Positions 51,941-60,274 of a stretch of DNA of 64,000 bases are shown piece after piece. Numbering within the stretch: the first letter of the stretch is position 1; each line of letters opens with the position of its first letter. The position numbers and the translations under genes were made by a program. The stretch is from Prosthecobacter sp. GTDB taxonomy: Bacteria > Verrucomicrobiota > Verrucomicrobiia > Verrucomicrobiales > Verrucomicrobiaceae. The stretch is from NCBI GenBank assembly GCA_044341745.1, contig JBIIRD010000028.1, positions 34 to 64,033 on the forward strand, read 5' to 3'. The notes under the pieces were generated by a model. It worked only from the letters and a program-made list of their open reading frames with translations. It ran no database searches and had not been told where the DNA came from.

Positions 51941-52879
51941 ATGCGCATACTGTTTATCGGCACCGGCGACATCGGCCTGCCTTCGTTCGACTGGCTCGTA
52001 TCGACGCCCAAGCATGAGGTGGCTGCGGTGGTCACGCAGCCGGACAAGCCGGCCGGTCGCAGGCTGGTGCTGACGCCGCCCGAGGTGAAGGTGCGCGCCC
52101 TGGCCGCCGGGCTGCCGGTGCTGCAACCGCCGAAGATCCGCGCCATGGTCGAGGAACTGAGGACCTTCGAGGCGGATGTCGCCGTCGTGGTGGCCTACGG
52201 GCAGATCCTGCCGAAAAGCGTGCTGGAGGTGCCGAGGCTGGCCTGCCTGAACATTCACGCGTCCTTGCTGCCGCGTCATCGCGGTGCCTCGCCGATCCAG
52301 GCTGCGATCCGTGAAGGCGATGCTGAGACCGGCGTGACGATCATGTTCATGGACGAGGGGCTCGATACCGGAGACATCCTGCTGATGGATCGTCTGCCCA
52401 TCCTGCCGGGCGACACGGGCGGCCTTCTGCATGACAAGCTGGCCCTGGTCGCTCCCTCGAGCCTGGAAAAGGCGCTGGACCTGATTGCCGCCGGACAGCC
52501 GCCGCGCACGCCCCAGGACAACGCCCTGGCCACGCACTGTGGAAAATTGAAGCGCGAGGACGGGCGTCTGGACTGGGCCAAAAACGCGGCTGAACTTGAG
52601 CGGATGGTTCGCGCCTACAATCCCTGGCCGGGCACGAGCTGCCTACTCCCCGGTGAAAAGTCGTCCGTGCTGAAGGTGCATCGTGTCAGCTTGATCGAAG
52701 GTGACGCCTGTCCTGCTCCCGGCACCCTGGTATCCGCCGATCCAAAGGCGGGTCTTATCGTCAGCTGCGGCGTGGGTTTGCTGAAGCTGGAGGAGGTGCA
52801 GGCCGAGGGCGGCAGGCGCATTGCCGCCGCCGACTTCCTGCGGGGTCATCCGCTGGAAGCGGGCGCCAGGCTGGGGTGA
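51941..52879 (+). CDS. fmt: Methionyl-tRNA formyltransferase
   Basis: MRILFIGTGDIGLPSF..., VVTQPDKPAGR, NIHASLLPRHRGASPIQ, and the C-terminal beta-barrel domain (LKLEEVQAEGGRRIAAADFLRG). Confidence 0.92.
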   Translation: MRILFIGTGDIGLPSFDWLVSTPKHEVAAVVTQPDKPAGRRLVLTPPEVKVRALAAGLPVLQPPKIRAMVEELRTFEADVAVVVAYGQILPKSVLEVPRLACLNIHASLLPRHRGASPIQAAIREGDAETGVTIMFMDEGLDTGDILLMDRLPILPGDTGGLLHDKLALVAPSSLEKALDLIAAGQPPRTPQDNALATHCGKLKREDGRLDWAKNAAELERMVRAYNPWPGTSCLLPGEKSSVLKVHRVSLIEGDACPAPGTLVSADPKAGLIVSCGVGLLKLEEVQAEGGRRIAAADFLRGHPLEAGARLG

Positions 52880-52886
52880 GAGAGCT

Positions 52887-53558
52887 TCAATACCCTGGTC
52901 TTTGTGGGACGCATCTGACGCAGATCAGACGCCTGTCTTCGGGAACAAAGTCCAGGCAGGCAGCGGAAGAACTCCAAGGCAGCCTCCAAAGCCATCCCTG
53001 GCGCTTGAGTGCGACGCCGGTTCCTGCAACAAATCGAATCCTGGAGGCACCAGGAGACTTGGGTGGGTTCATCGGGACATAACCACAGATGTTTCCGGGG
53101 AGGTGAGGCTGTGAATATGAAACCTCAACGGTGAAGGCCTGCTTCAGCAGATGCAGTGGAATGATCACTTCATAATTGCACAGAAACCAGCCCTTGGGCA
53201 TGCCTTCGACCGACCTGGGGGCACCTTGGGGAGCCAGGTCATGGCGGATCGATCCAAGAAAGCTTCGAGACCCAAGCTTGAGTCTCGGGGAAGAATGTTT
53301 TTGACGCCCTGCGTTCGCCGGCAACAGGACGGGAATGAAGATGATGACATGCGTGTCGGCATCTTCCGGCCAGTCGTCCTTTTGAAGTTCAAAGGTGTAG
53401 TGGCCCTGAACCAGGGATGCCCCCGTCTGCATGGTGATGGTCACGTTTTCGGCAGTCATCGCAACCAGACGGCGGCTTGGATCGATGGCGATTGGATTGG
53501 CCTGGAGGGTTCCGATCAACAACAGCCCGGCTGTGAAAGGCAGGAAAAACAGATTCAT
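52887..53558 (-). CDS. Hypothetical secreted protein
   Basis: 223 aa from MNLFFLPFTAGLLLIGTLQA (signal peptide). No family recognised. G+C is somewhat lower than in the neighbouring genes. Confidence 0.5.
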   Translation of the reverse strand: MNLFFLPFTAGLLLIGTLQANPIAIDPSRRLVAMTAENVTITMQTGASLVQGHYTFELQKDDWPEDADTHVIIFIPVLLPANAGRQKHSSPRLKLGSRSFLGSIRHDLAPQGAPRSVEGMPKGWFLCNYEVIIPLHLLKQAFTVEVSYSQPHLPGNICGYVPMNPPKSPGASRIRFVAGTGVALKRQGWLWRLPWSSSAACLDFVPEDRRLICVRCVPQRPGY

Positions 53559-53650
53559 GGCATTGGGTGCTGTGTGAGGCTGGGTGTTCCGGCAGCTTCC
53601 AGCCACCTTTCTGTTTCCATCATCAGGCGTCAGCCCCGGTCTGCCTAACC

Positions 53651-53683
53651 AAAAACGCCGGCGGGAACACCCGGCCGGCGTTT
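53651..53683 (-). terminator. Probable intrinsic terminator downstream of the MFS gene
   Basis: aaacgccggc (53653-53662) pairs with gccggcgttt (53674-53683). On the minus strand the stem runs into a U-tract (gcgttttt). It lies 22 nt after the MFS stop. Confidence 0.6.
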
Positions 53684-53704
53684 GGAGAAGCGTGGCCTTC
53701 GTAA

Positions 53705-55186
53705 TCAGTCCGCGTCCTTCGGCTCGGGCAGGAAGAACCCGACGATGAGGGCGATCACGGCCATCGCCGTGGCGATGTAGCCGGCGGCGAGGGCGACGTG
53801 CGTGGGCCGGACATTCTGGATGCCGTCCGCCAGCAGCGGCGCCAGCCAGCCGGTGTTCACGGTGGCCATGCAGGTGCCGATCATGCGTCCGCCGACGTTG
53901 GTGGCGAAGCTGCCGCCGGTGCCGCGCAGGTGCAGCGGGAAGATCTTCGGCAGGTATTCACCGAAGTAGCTGAACTGGGCCACCGTCACCAGGCCGCAGA
54001 GGAAGTAACCCCAGAGAAAGGTTTCACCACCCTTGGCAAAGAGCATGAAGTAGGTCGCCGGCAGGATGATGAGCGCGGGCACCTGGAACACCTTCAAGAG
54101 AGCCACGCGGCTGATGCCGACGATCAGCAGCACGGCGAGGAGGATGCGCCCCACCAGGCCGCCCATCTCCTGGCGGAACTGCACCTTGCTGCTCATCTCA
54201 TCAATCACCTTCTTGTGGGGCGCCTGCTGGATGGCGTTCTCCTTGATCTTGGCGACGATCTCCTTGCGGCCCGGGTCACCGGGGGGCAGGGCGTTGAGCT
54301 GGGTGTTGAGCGCCTTGGCCTCGTCGATCATCGGCTTCATGATCTTGGCCTGAGGAGCGAGCTCGGGCAGGCCGGGGGTCACGCGGGCCACGGTCACCTG
54401 CAGGGCACCGAAGGCGATGCCGTAGGCGCAGGCGGAAAGGATGGTGGTGACCAGCGTCACGCGGCGGAGTTCAGGCGAAAACAGGCCGCCGAAGCTCGGG
54501 CGCTTGAGGGCGCCGCTCGCCTTCTTCTCACGCCAGACCTGGCTTTCCGGCACGAACGGCAGCAGCAGGGCGATGGGGATGGCGGGCAGGATGCCGGTCA
54601 TCAGCAGGTAGCGCCAGGCGCCCACCGTGCCGTCGAGGCCCGAGGGAAGGCCGAAACCGTCGAGGCCGCCGGACTTGAGCTTCGTGTTGATCCACATGCT
54701 GGCCAGGGTCACGCAGACACCGCCGATGGAGGCGAAGGCCTGGGTGATGCCCAGCCACTTCTCCTTCTGCTTCTTGTCCTGGAAGACCTCGGCCAGCCAG
54801 GTGACGGCGGCGACGAACTCCACGCACACGCCGATGAAGGTCGCGCTGCGGAAGATGATGAAGGTGGTCAGCGATGTCGAATACGCGGCGCAGAACGGCG
54901 CGGCGGAGTAGAGGAAGATGCTCGCCGCCATGATGGTCTTGCGGCCGAACTTGTCCACGAGCCAGCCTCCCAAAAGACCGAACACGCCGCCGCACACAGC
55001 CGCGATGGTGAGCAGGTTGCCCACCCAGTTGGTGACGATCGGATTGCTCGGCGGCAGCTTCAGCAGCTCGGCGATCGCCGGGGCCGCCACGAGCGGCGTC
55101 ATCAGCAGCTCATAGGTGTCGAAGAGGAAGCCGATGCTGGCGATGACGATGATCAGCCAGTGGGTGGTGGTGAGTTTGGGAGGCAT
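53705..55186 (-). CDS. MFS transporter
   Basis: 493 aa with about 12 TM helices and a central cytoplasmic loop. MFS-type motif GGWLVDKFGRK after TM2. Confidence 0.85.
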   Translation of the reverse strand: MPPKLTTTHWLIIVIASIGFLFDTYELLMTPLVAAPAIAELLKLPPSNPIVTNWVGNLLTIAAVCGGVFGLLGGWLVDKFGRKTIMAASIFLYSAAPFCAAYSTSLTTFIIFRSATFIGVCVEFVAAVTWLAEVFQDKKQKEKWLGITQAFASIGGVCVTLASMWINTKLKSGGLDGFGLPSGLDGTVGAWRYLLMTGILPAIPIALLLPFVPESQVWREKKASGALKRPSFGGLFSPELRRVTLVTTILSACAYGIAFGALQVTVARVTPGLPELAPQAKIMKPMIDEAKALNTQLNALPPGDPGRKEIVAKIKENAIQQAPHKKVIDEMSSKVQFRQEMGGLVGRILLAVLLIVGISRVALLKVFQVPALIILPATYFMLFAKGGETFLWGYFLCGLVTVAQFSYFGEYLPKIFPLHLRGTGGSFATNVGGRMIGTCMATVNTGWLAPLLADGIQNVRPTHVALAAGYIATAMAVIALIVGFFLPEPKDAD

Positions 55187-55197
55187 GGAGCGGGGGC

Positions 55198-55247
55198 GGT
55201 GGTGGTTGACGGTGGTTGACGGTGGTTGACGGTGGTTGACGGTGGTT
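55198..55247. repeat. Tandem 10-bp repeat (ggtggttgac, about 5 units)
   Basis: Four perfect ggtggttgac units at 55201-55240 plus partial units on each side. The array fills the spacer between the four-helix-bundle stop (55246) and the MFS start (55186). Confidence 0.95.
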
Positions 55248-55626
55248 AGGAGTGTGGGTCGGCTCGGCGCAGTTGGGATTCGCGAAGATTATGAATCCGA
55301 ATGCCCAGGTCGTAGGCTTGCGAGAGGATCGGATCGGTGACGGTTTCCGTGACGAAGCCAAGATCCGTGGCGATGATGAGATCCGAAGCGGTCTCCATCA
55401 ATGATCCATGAGCCTGGTTGGAATAATTGGCCTGCTCCTTGAAGCTTGCCCGGCCGCAGCCTTCTGCAAGATTGTTGGCCACTGACACGGCGGCGCGTGT
55501 CAGCTGGCTGGTCAGGCCAAACCGCTCCTCCTTCGGGAAGCTGCGCGAACAATCATAGACTGACACGACCAGATGACGGGCCTCCTGCCAGACTTCTAAC
55601 TTTTCGAACGGAAACTGCTTTCTCAT
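55246..55626 (-). CDS. Four-helix-bundle protein (23S rRNA intervening-sequence protein / Avd-like family)
   Basis: 126 aa. FEKLEVWQEARHLVVSVY...FPKEERFGLTSQLTRAAVSVANNLAEGCGR...ANYSNQAHGSLMET is the canonical family pattern. Confidence 0.9.
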   Translation of the reverse strand: MRKQFPFEKLEVWQEARHLVVSVYDCSRSFPKEERFGLTSQLTRAAVSVANNLAEGCGRASFKEQANYSNQAHGSLMETASDLIIATDLGFVTETVTDPILSQAYDLGIRIHNLRESQLRRADPHS

Positions 55627-55692
55627 GAGGCTGAAATTGATCTACGGGGTTGACGATAATGCGATGGCTCCGGCATTCGGCCCGGCAACCAT

Positions 55693-55732
55693 GGTCAACA
55701 ATCGTCAACCATCGTAAACAATTGTAAACCAA
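55693..55732. repeat. Degenerate inverted copy of the 10-bp tandem array
   Basis: ggtcaacaat cgtcaaccat cgtaaacaat tgtaaaccaa: four 10-nt units matching cgtcaaccac (the reverse complement of the 55201-55240 unit in shifted phase) at 6-9 of 10 positions (7, 9, 7 and 6). Lies between the four-helix-bundle start and the upstream isomerase stop. Confidence 0.7.
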
Positions 55733-55736
55733 ACCC

Positions 55737-56657
55737 TCAGGCCAGCAGCGGCCGCAGTATCTCCAGGATCTTAGGCACTTCGACAAAGGGATCCTTGGCG
55801 ACTTCATACTCCAGCGTGAACCAGCCCTGGTAGTTGGCGTCGCGAAGGATCTTCAGCAGGCGCGGCACGTCGGCGGGCTGGCCTTCGCCCTTCTTGGTTC
55901 CCTTCGGGCTCATCTCCATCTTGAGCTGCACGTTGATCGCATAAGGGGCGATCTTGGCGAGGTCGCCATATGGATCCTCGGTGTGAAAATTGCCGCTGTC
56001 CCAGTTGATGCCGGCCCAGGGGCTCTTCGCGGCCTTCACCATCTTCACGAGGTTCTCGGGTTCGGAAACGATGCCGCCATGGTTTTCCAGGCCGAGGAAG
56101 ATGCCTTTTTTGCCGGCATGATCAAGGCACTCCTGGTAGGCTTCCTGGCAGTTCGCCACGGCCTCCTCCTCGCTCAGGCCCTTGGGCTGCGGTCCGGCGA
56201 ACACGCGGATGTGCGGTGCGTTCATGATCGCGGCGTAGTCGATCCAGCGCTTCACGTCGGCAATTTCAGCGCTCAGCTTCTCGCCTTTGGGCAGGGCGAA
56301 GTTGTTGCCGACGGCCGTGCCGGCCAACTGCACGCCGCGCAGGTAGGCCCGGCGTTTCACCTCGAGCAGGAACTTCTCATCGACGTCCGGAGGGAAGAAG
56401 TAGCTGGTCACCTCGGCGCCGGGCACGTTGTTGTCGGCGCACCAGTCGATGAAGTCGAGGATGCTCCAGGGCTTGTGGCCCTCCTTGGCCTTGTTTTCCT
56501 TGCCGCGCATCCACTGGAAGTATTCACGGAAGCTGTAGGCGGCGACGCCGAGCTGCATGCGGCTTTTCCCCGGACGGTTGATCGGCTCGATGGCGGGCAG
56601 GGTGGAGACGCTGAGGGCTCCCAGGCTGGTGGAAAGAAAATGGCGGCGGCTGATCAT
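55737..56657 (-). CDS. Tat-signal sugar phosphate isomerase/epimerase (xylose-isomerase-like TIM barrel)
   Basis: MISRRHFLSTSLGAL Tat motif. GLENHGG, NWDSGNF and TLEYE blocks. Confidence 0.85.
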   Translation of the reverse strand: MISRRHFLSTSLGALSVSTLPAIEPINRPGKSRMQLGVAAYSFREYFQWMRGKENKAKEGHKPWSILDFIDWCADNNVPGAEVTSYFFPPDVDEKFLLEVKRRAYLRGVQLAGTAVGNNFALPKGEKLSAEIADVKRWIDYAAIMNAPHIRVFAGPQPKGLSEEEAVANCQEAYQECLDHAGKKGIFLGLENHGGIVSEPENLVKMVKAAKSPWAGINWDSGNFHTEDPYGDLAKIAPYAINVQLKMEMSPKGTKKGEGQPADVPRLLKILRDANYQGWFTLEYEVAKDPFVEVPKILEILRPLLA

Positions 56658-56867
56658 GAGAGGTGAAAGAACGGCCCAGGATGGCGGGGCTATCGCAAGA
56701 ACCCAGGGGATTTTTGTTTACAGAGGCCTTCTCAACTTTGCAAAAAACCGAGGGTGACGGTTGCGGCGGATGGGGTGGGTTCAGGAAGGCGGCATCAAAA
56801 AGTCGGGCTGCATCTGTGTTTTCAGCTTGCTAGCCGGGCAAAGATGAATACTAAACGCCCCCCATCC

Positions 56868-56942
56868 GCGCGGGTAGCTCAGCGGTAGAGCAGTTGGCTT
56901 TTAACCAATTGGCCGAGGGTTCGATCCCCTCCCCGCGTACCA
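56868..56942 (+). tRNA. tRNA-Lys (anticodon UUU), CCA encoded
   Basis: Manual cloverleaf. Acceptor gcgcggg/cccgcgt (G1-U72 wobble). D arm gctc-agcggta-gagc. Anticodon arm gttgg-cTTTTaa-ccaat. T arm gaggg-ttcgatc-ccctc. Discriminator A plus CCA. Confidence 0.9.
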
Positions 56943-56959
56943 TCGGTATGGTTTTATAT

Positions 56960-57034
56960 GCCCAGGTAGCTCAGTGGTAGAGCAGTTGGCTCTTAACCAA
57001 TTGGTCGTGGGTTCGAATCCCTCCCTGGGCACCA
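56960..57034 (+). tRNA. tRNA-Lys (anticodon CUU), CCA encoded
   Basis: Acceptor gcccagg/cctgggc. Anticodon loop ctCTTaa. T arm gtggg-ttcgaat-ccctc (one U-U mismatch at 50:64). Discriminator A plus CCA. Confidence 0.88.
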
Positions 57035-57040
57035 TTTTCC

Positions 57041-57077
57041 GGGCGCCTCACAGAAGACTCTGTGAGGCGCCCTTTTT
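57041..57077 (+). terminator. Rho-independent terminator after the tRNA-Lys pair
   Basis: 13-bp perfect stem gggcgcctcacag / ctgtgaggcgccc with a 6-nt loop, followed by TTTTT (57073-57077). Confidence 0.85.
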
Positions 57078-57093
57078 GTTGGGCCTGTGCGCT

Positions 57094-59952
57094 TTACTTC
57101 AGGCTGCGAAGGTAGGCCACCAGGTCGAGCAGTTCGCTTTCCGGCAGGGTCTGGTCCAGGCCCATGGGCATGAGGCTGGTCGTCAGCGTGGTGTCGCCGG
57201 TGATGCTCTGGTGCGGCACGGTCTTTTCCTGGCCCGCGATGTCCACCACCAGCAGGCCCTCGGCGGTGTGGCTCTTGATGACCCCCAGCGTCTGCTGGCC
57301 GTCAGCGGTCTCGATGATGTGCGCCTCATAGTCGCGGGCAAGGGTGTTGCTGGGGAAGAGGATGCTTTCCAGCAGGTCGCGCTCGGTGCGGATGGCGCCG
57401 ATCTTGGAGAGGTCGGGGCCGATGGCGCGGCCCTGGTCGCCAATCTTGTGGCAGGCGATGCAGGTGCCCTTGCCGGCGGCGAAGGCGGCCTTGCCCCGTT
57501 CGGCGCTGCCGGAGGCCGCGACCTTCTCTGCCAGCGGGCTGAGCTGGCGCTTTTTCAATTCCAGGGCCTCGGTCGCCCGGGCGTAGGCGGGATGGATGAT
57601 GGTTTCAAAGATGTCCACAGGAAGGTCAGCCAGGGCGGTGCGGTAATGGCTTTCCTGCTGGCTGGCGATGGCCGGGTTTTTGGCGATCTCGGCGGCGATG
57701 CGCCGGGCGACCTCGGCGTCCTTGGATTTCTTCAGCAGGGGCAGCAGGGTTTTCAACTCCACGGGGCCGAGGCTGGCAAACAGGGGCGCGGTCTCGGAGC
57801 ACTGCTCCGGGCTCATCGGTGCGGCGACAAGCATGCCAGCCGCCTGGATCTTGGCCGCGGCGGAGGCGGCGGGATCGACCAGCACACCCTTCACCATGGC
57901 GAAGGTGTCGCCGGTCAGCTTGACGTTGCGGGCGGCGTCGAGCGCCTTGAGACGGATGGCCAGGGGACGCTGGGTGTCGGCGGCGAGGGCCTGCAGGGCG
58001 GGGTCAAAGTGGGGTGAGCGCAGCTTTTTCACGGCATCCAGCACCAGCGGCGTCGGCGTGGTGGCGAGGATGTGGTCCAGGGGCGCCAGCCAGGCGTCGT
58101 TCACCGCCCCGGTGGTCTGGGCGGCCAGCACGCGCAGGGCGATGGCTTCAGCCCCCGCCTTGCCCAGCATGCGCCCAACCAACTTTTGGGTCTCCGGCTT
58201 GCCCAGGAGCGCCGCGCAGAAGGCCTCGAGGGCCGCCTGGCGTTCGGCGGACAGGCTGCCGTCGTCGAGCCACTTCATCAGGCGCGGGGTGATGGATTCA
58301 TCGGCATCCTCGTGGCTGGTGACGATGCCGAGGGCGGTGCGGGCGAGCGCGGCATCCGTGGAGTCCAGATGCTTCGCGGCCACGCTCATGCTCAGGTTGA
58401 GGCTGGAGGCGTCGTCGGGCACGAAGCTGACCAGCATCCGGCGCAGGGCGGTTGAATCGGTCTCCTTCCGGAGGTCGTCGAGGCTGACCAGGCCGGTCTG
58501 CTGGGCGAGCTGGATGACGCTGTGCTCCAGGGTTGGATCAAGGCTGGCGCGCAGCATCTGGCGGAGCTGGCGGGCGATCACGGCGTGATCCTTGGAGGCG
58601 TCCTCCGGCATGTCCTGGGCGAGGGCTTCCAGGGCGCGGCGCCGGACCTGGGGGGATGCGGAGCCGAGTTCGGCGATGAGCGCCTGGGTGTTCTTCCGAA
58701 GCGTGCCCTGTCCTGCGGCCACGAGATGCTTCAGCGGCTTGACCGGCTTGATGCGATAGATGGCGCCGAGGATGTCCGACTTGGCCATCAGGCTGCTCGG
58801 GCAGCCGATGCGGAACCAGCCGCCGGTGTCGATCAGCAGCAGTGAGCCGTCACGCGGATCCTCCATGACGTCGGTGAGATGGATGTCAGGGGTGTGCAGC
58901 TTCAGGAACTCGTTCTCCACGGCCTTGTAGGTGCTGCCTTCGGGCGTGAGCTCCATGCGCACGAGCCGCTGGGTGTTGAAGTGCGTGACCATGAAGCTGA
59001 GCTCCCTGCCCGAACCATATCCATGCCAGAAACAGGCGCCGCTGACGGCGACGTGGCCGAAGTTGTACATCACGGGCATCTTTTCGAGCGTGCGTGGCAG
59101 GTGCTCGATGGCCTTGAGCTGGTCGGCGCGCTCATAGACGCCACCGTAGAGCCAGTGGATGATCGTGTCGCCGCGCGGCTGCGAATAATAAAGGTTCTGC
59201 ACGCCGATGACGTCGCCCTCGGGCGTGAAGTCCACCTCCACGGGGTTGTCGCCGCAGCCGAGCGAGTGCCACTGCACGTCGCCGCCGTCGGGACGGCAGC
59301 TCCAGATGCCGCAGGCCAGGGATTCATCGACGAGCGTGCCGTCCTTCTGCGTCACCTTGTGGCCCTTGCGACCGTGGCACCAGTAGAGGCGGCCGTTGAC
59401 GGGGTTCAGGAAGGGGCCGTGAATGTCGGCGGCGTTGCCGGTGTAATCAAAGCCGGTGACGATCTCCTCGCGCTTGTCCGCGACGCCGTCGTTGTCGGTG
59501 TCGGTCAGCTTCCAGAGGGAGGGCGGCGATCCGACATAAAGGCTGCCGTTCAGCCAGCAGGCGCCCTGGGGGAAGGTCATCTTGTCGGCAAAGACGCTGC
59601 TCTTGTCGTAGATGCCGTCGCCATCGGCGTCCTCGAGCATGAGCACGCGGTTCGGTGGCGCTTTTTCAAGCTGGGCCTTGTTCCAGTTCACGCCGACCGC
59701 GTCGCCGACAAAGAGACGTCCGCGATCATCCAGGCAGCCCATGATGGGATGCGTGACCAGCGGCGTGGCGGCGGCGAGTTCCAGGGCGTAACCTTCCGGA
59801 AGGTCATGCTTCGGCAGGTTTTGCGCCACCTTGGCCGTCACCACCGGCGGGCGTTTGCCGGACTCCGGGATCTCCAGGCCCTTGTCCGGCGGAAGATCGG
59901 CGGCGGCAAGGATTCCAGACGCACACAGGCAGGGCAGGAGAAAGGCTTTCAT
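57094..59952 (-). CDS. PVC-type haem-binding CxxCH protein (membrane-bound-dehydrogenase propeller, HEAT repeats, cytochrome c)
   Basis: 952 aa with a signal peptide. Propeller region (DADGDGIYD, TDNDGVADK), HEAT-like middle, and C-terminal GKAAFAAGKGTCIACHKIGDQGRAIGPDLSKIG. Confidence 0.88.
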   Translation of the reverse strand: MKAFLLPCLCASGILAAADLPPDKGLEIPESGKRPPVVTAKVAQNLPKHDLPEGYALELAAATPLVTHPIMGCLDDRGRLFVGDAVGVNWNKAQLEKAPPNRVLMLEDADGDGIYDKSSVFADKMTFPQGACWLNGSLYVGSPPSLWKLTDTDNDGVADKREEIVTGFDYTGNAADIHGPFLNPVNGRLYWCHGRKGHKVTQKDGTLVDESLACGIWSCRPDGGDVQWHSLGCGDNPVEVDFTPEGDVIGVQNLYYSQPRGDTIIHWLYGGVYERADQLKAIEHLPRTLEKMPVMYNFGHVAVSGACFWHGYGSGRELSFMVTHFNTQRLVRMELTPEGSTYKAVENEFLKLHTPDIHLTDVMEDPRDGSLLLIDTGGWFRIGCPSSLMAKSDILGAIYRIKPVKPLKHLVAAGQGTLRKNTQALIAELGSASPQVRRRALEALAQDMPEDASKDHAVIARQLRQMLRASLDPTLEHSVIQLAQQTGLVSLDDLRKETDSTALRRMLVSFVPDDASSLNLSMSVAAKHLDSTDAALARTALGIVTSHEDADESITPRLMKWLDDGSLSAERQAALEAFCAALLGKPETQKLVGRMLGKAGAEAIALRVLAAQTTGAVNDAWLAPLDHILATTPTPLVLDAVKKLRSPHFDPALQALAADTQRPLAIRLKALDAARNVKLTGDTFAMVKGVLVDPAASAAAKIQAAGMLVAAPMSPEQCSETAPLFASLGPVELKTLLPLLKKSKDAEVARRIAAEIAKNPAIASQQESHYRTALADLPVDIFETIIHPAYARATEALELKKRQLSPLAEKVAASGSAERGKAAFAAGKGTCIACHKIGDQGRAIGPDLSKIGAIRTERDLLESILFPSNTLARDYEAHIIETADGQQTLGVIKSHTAEGLLVVDIAGQEKTVPHQSITGDTTLTTSLMPMGLDQTLPESELLDLVAYLRSLK

Positions 59953-60011
59953 GGGTCGCCTTTCAATACCCGGCCTGCGGCAGGATTATTGCATGAGGGC
60001 GTCTTCATGCG

Positions 60012-60119
60012 GGTTCGCCGCGTGCTCCGCACCGCCTCCGCCCGCCCGGACATTTCGGACGACGCGCAGGTCGTCCCTACCGGGTAGGGCCCCGCTGCGT
60101 CGGGGCCGAGATTTCAGGG
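60012..60119 (+). repeat. 108-bp structured repeat, copy 1 (three abutting hairpins)
   Basis: Near-identical to 60167-60274 (offset 155 nt). Hairpins: ggacgac-gcgcag-gtcgtcc (60057-60076), cctacc-g-ggtagg (60076-60088) and ggccccg-ctgcgt-cggggcc (60088-60107). Confidence 0.9.
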
Positions 60120-60166
60120 CCTGGGTGGCCGAACAAGGAGTTGTGGAAGCTTCTGAACTTCGCGGT

Positions 60167-60274
60167 GGTTCGCCGCGTGCTCCGCGCCGCCTTCGCCCGC
60201 CCGGACATTTCGGACGACGCGCAGGTCGTCCCTACCGGGTAGGGCCCCGCTGCGTCGGGGCCGAGGTTTCAGGG
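60167..60274 (+). repeat. 108-bp structured repeat, copy 2
   Basis: Same element as 60012-60119 with a few substitutions. Its 3' end contains the stop codon (60269-60271, minus strand) of CDS 60269-61882. Confidence 0.9.

Noticed and set aside
55198-55247. CRISPR or coding repeat interpretation of the 10-bp array (the off-frame ORF 55110-55361 reads PPSTTVNHRQPP...)
   Set aside because: The units are contiguous with no spacers and only 10 bp long. The ORF through them is an artefact overlapping the MFS start and the four-helix-bundle end.
45116-55626. Diversity-generating retroelement, because four-helix-bundle proteins are homologous to DGR Avd
   Set aside because: No reverse-transcriptase ORF and no template/variable repeat pair with A-specific differences could be found near either four-helix-bundle gene in this window.
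55246-55626. rRNA operon or intervening sequence context for the 23S rRNA IVS-family genes
   Set aside because: The flanking sequences are protein-coding genes (MFS transporter, sugar isomerase; DUF1553/DUF1501). No rRNA-like sequence is present in the window.
56974-58017. 347-aa plus-strand ORF starting inside the tRNA-Lys(CUU) gene
   Set aside because: It begins within a tRNA and runs through the terminator hairpin, antisense to the haem-binding protein gene. It is not a plausible CDS.
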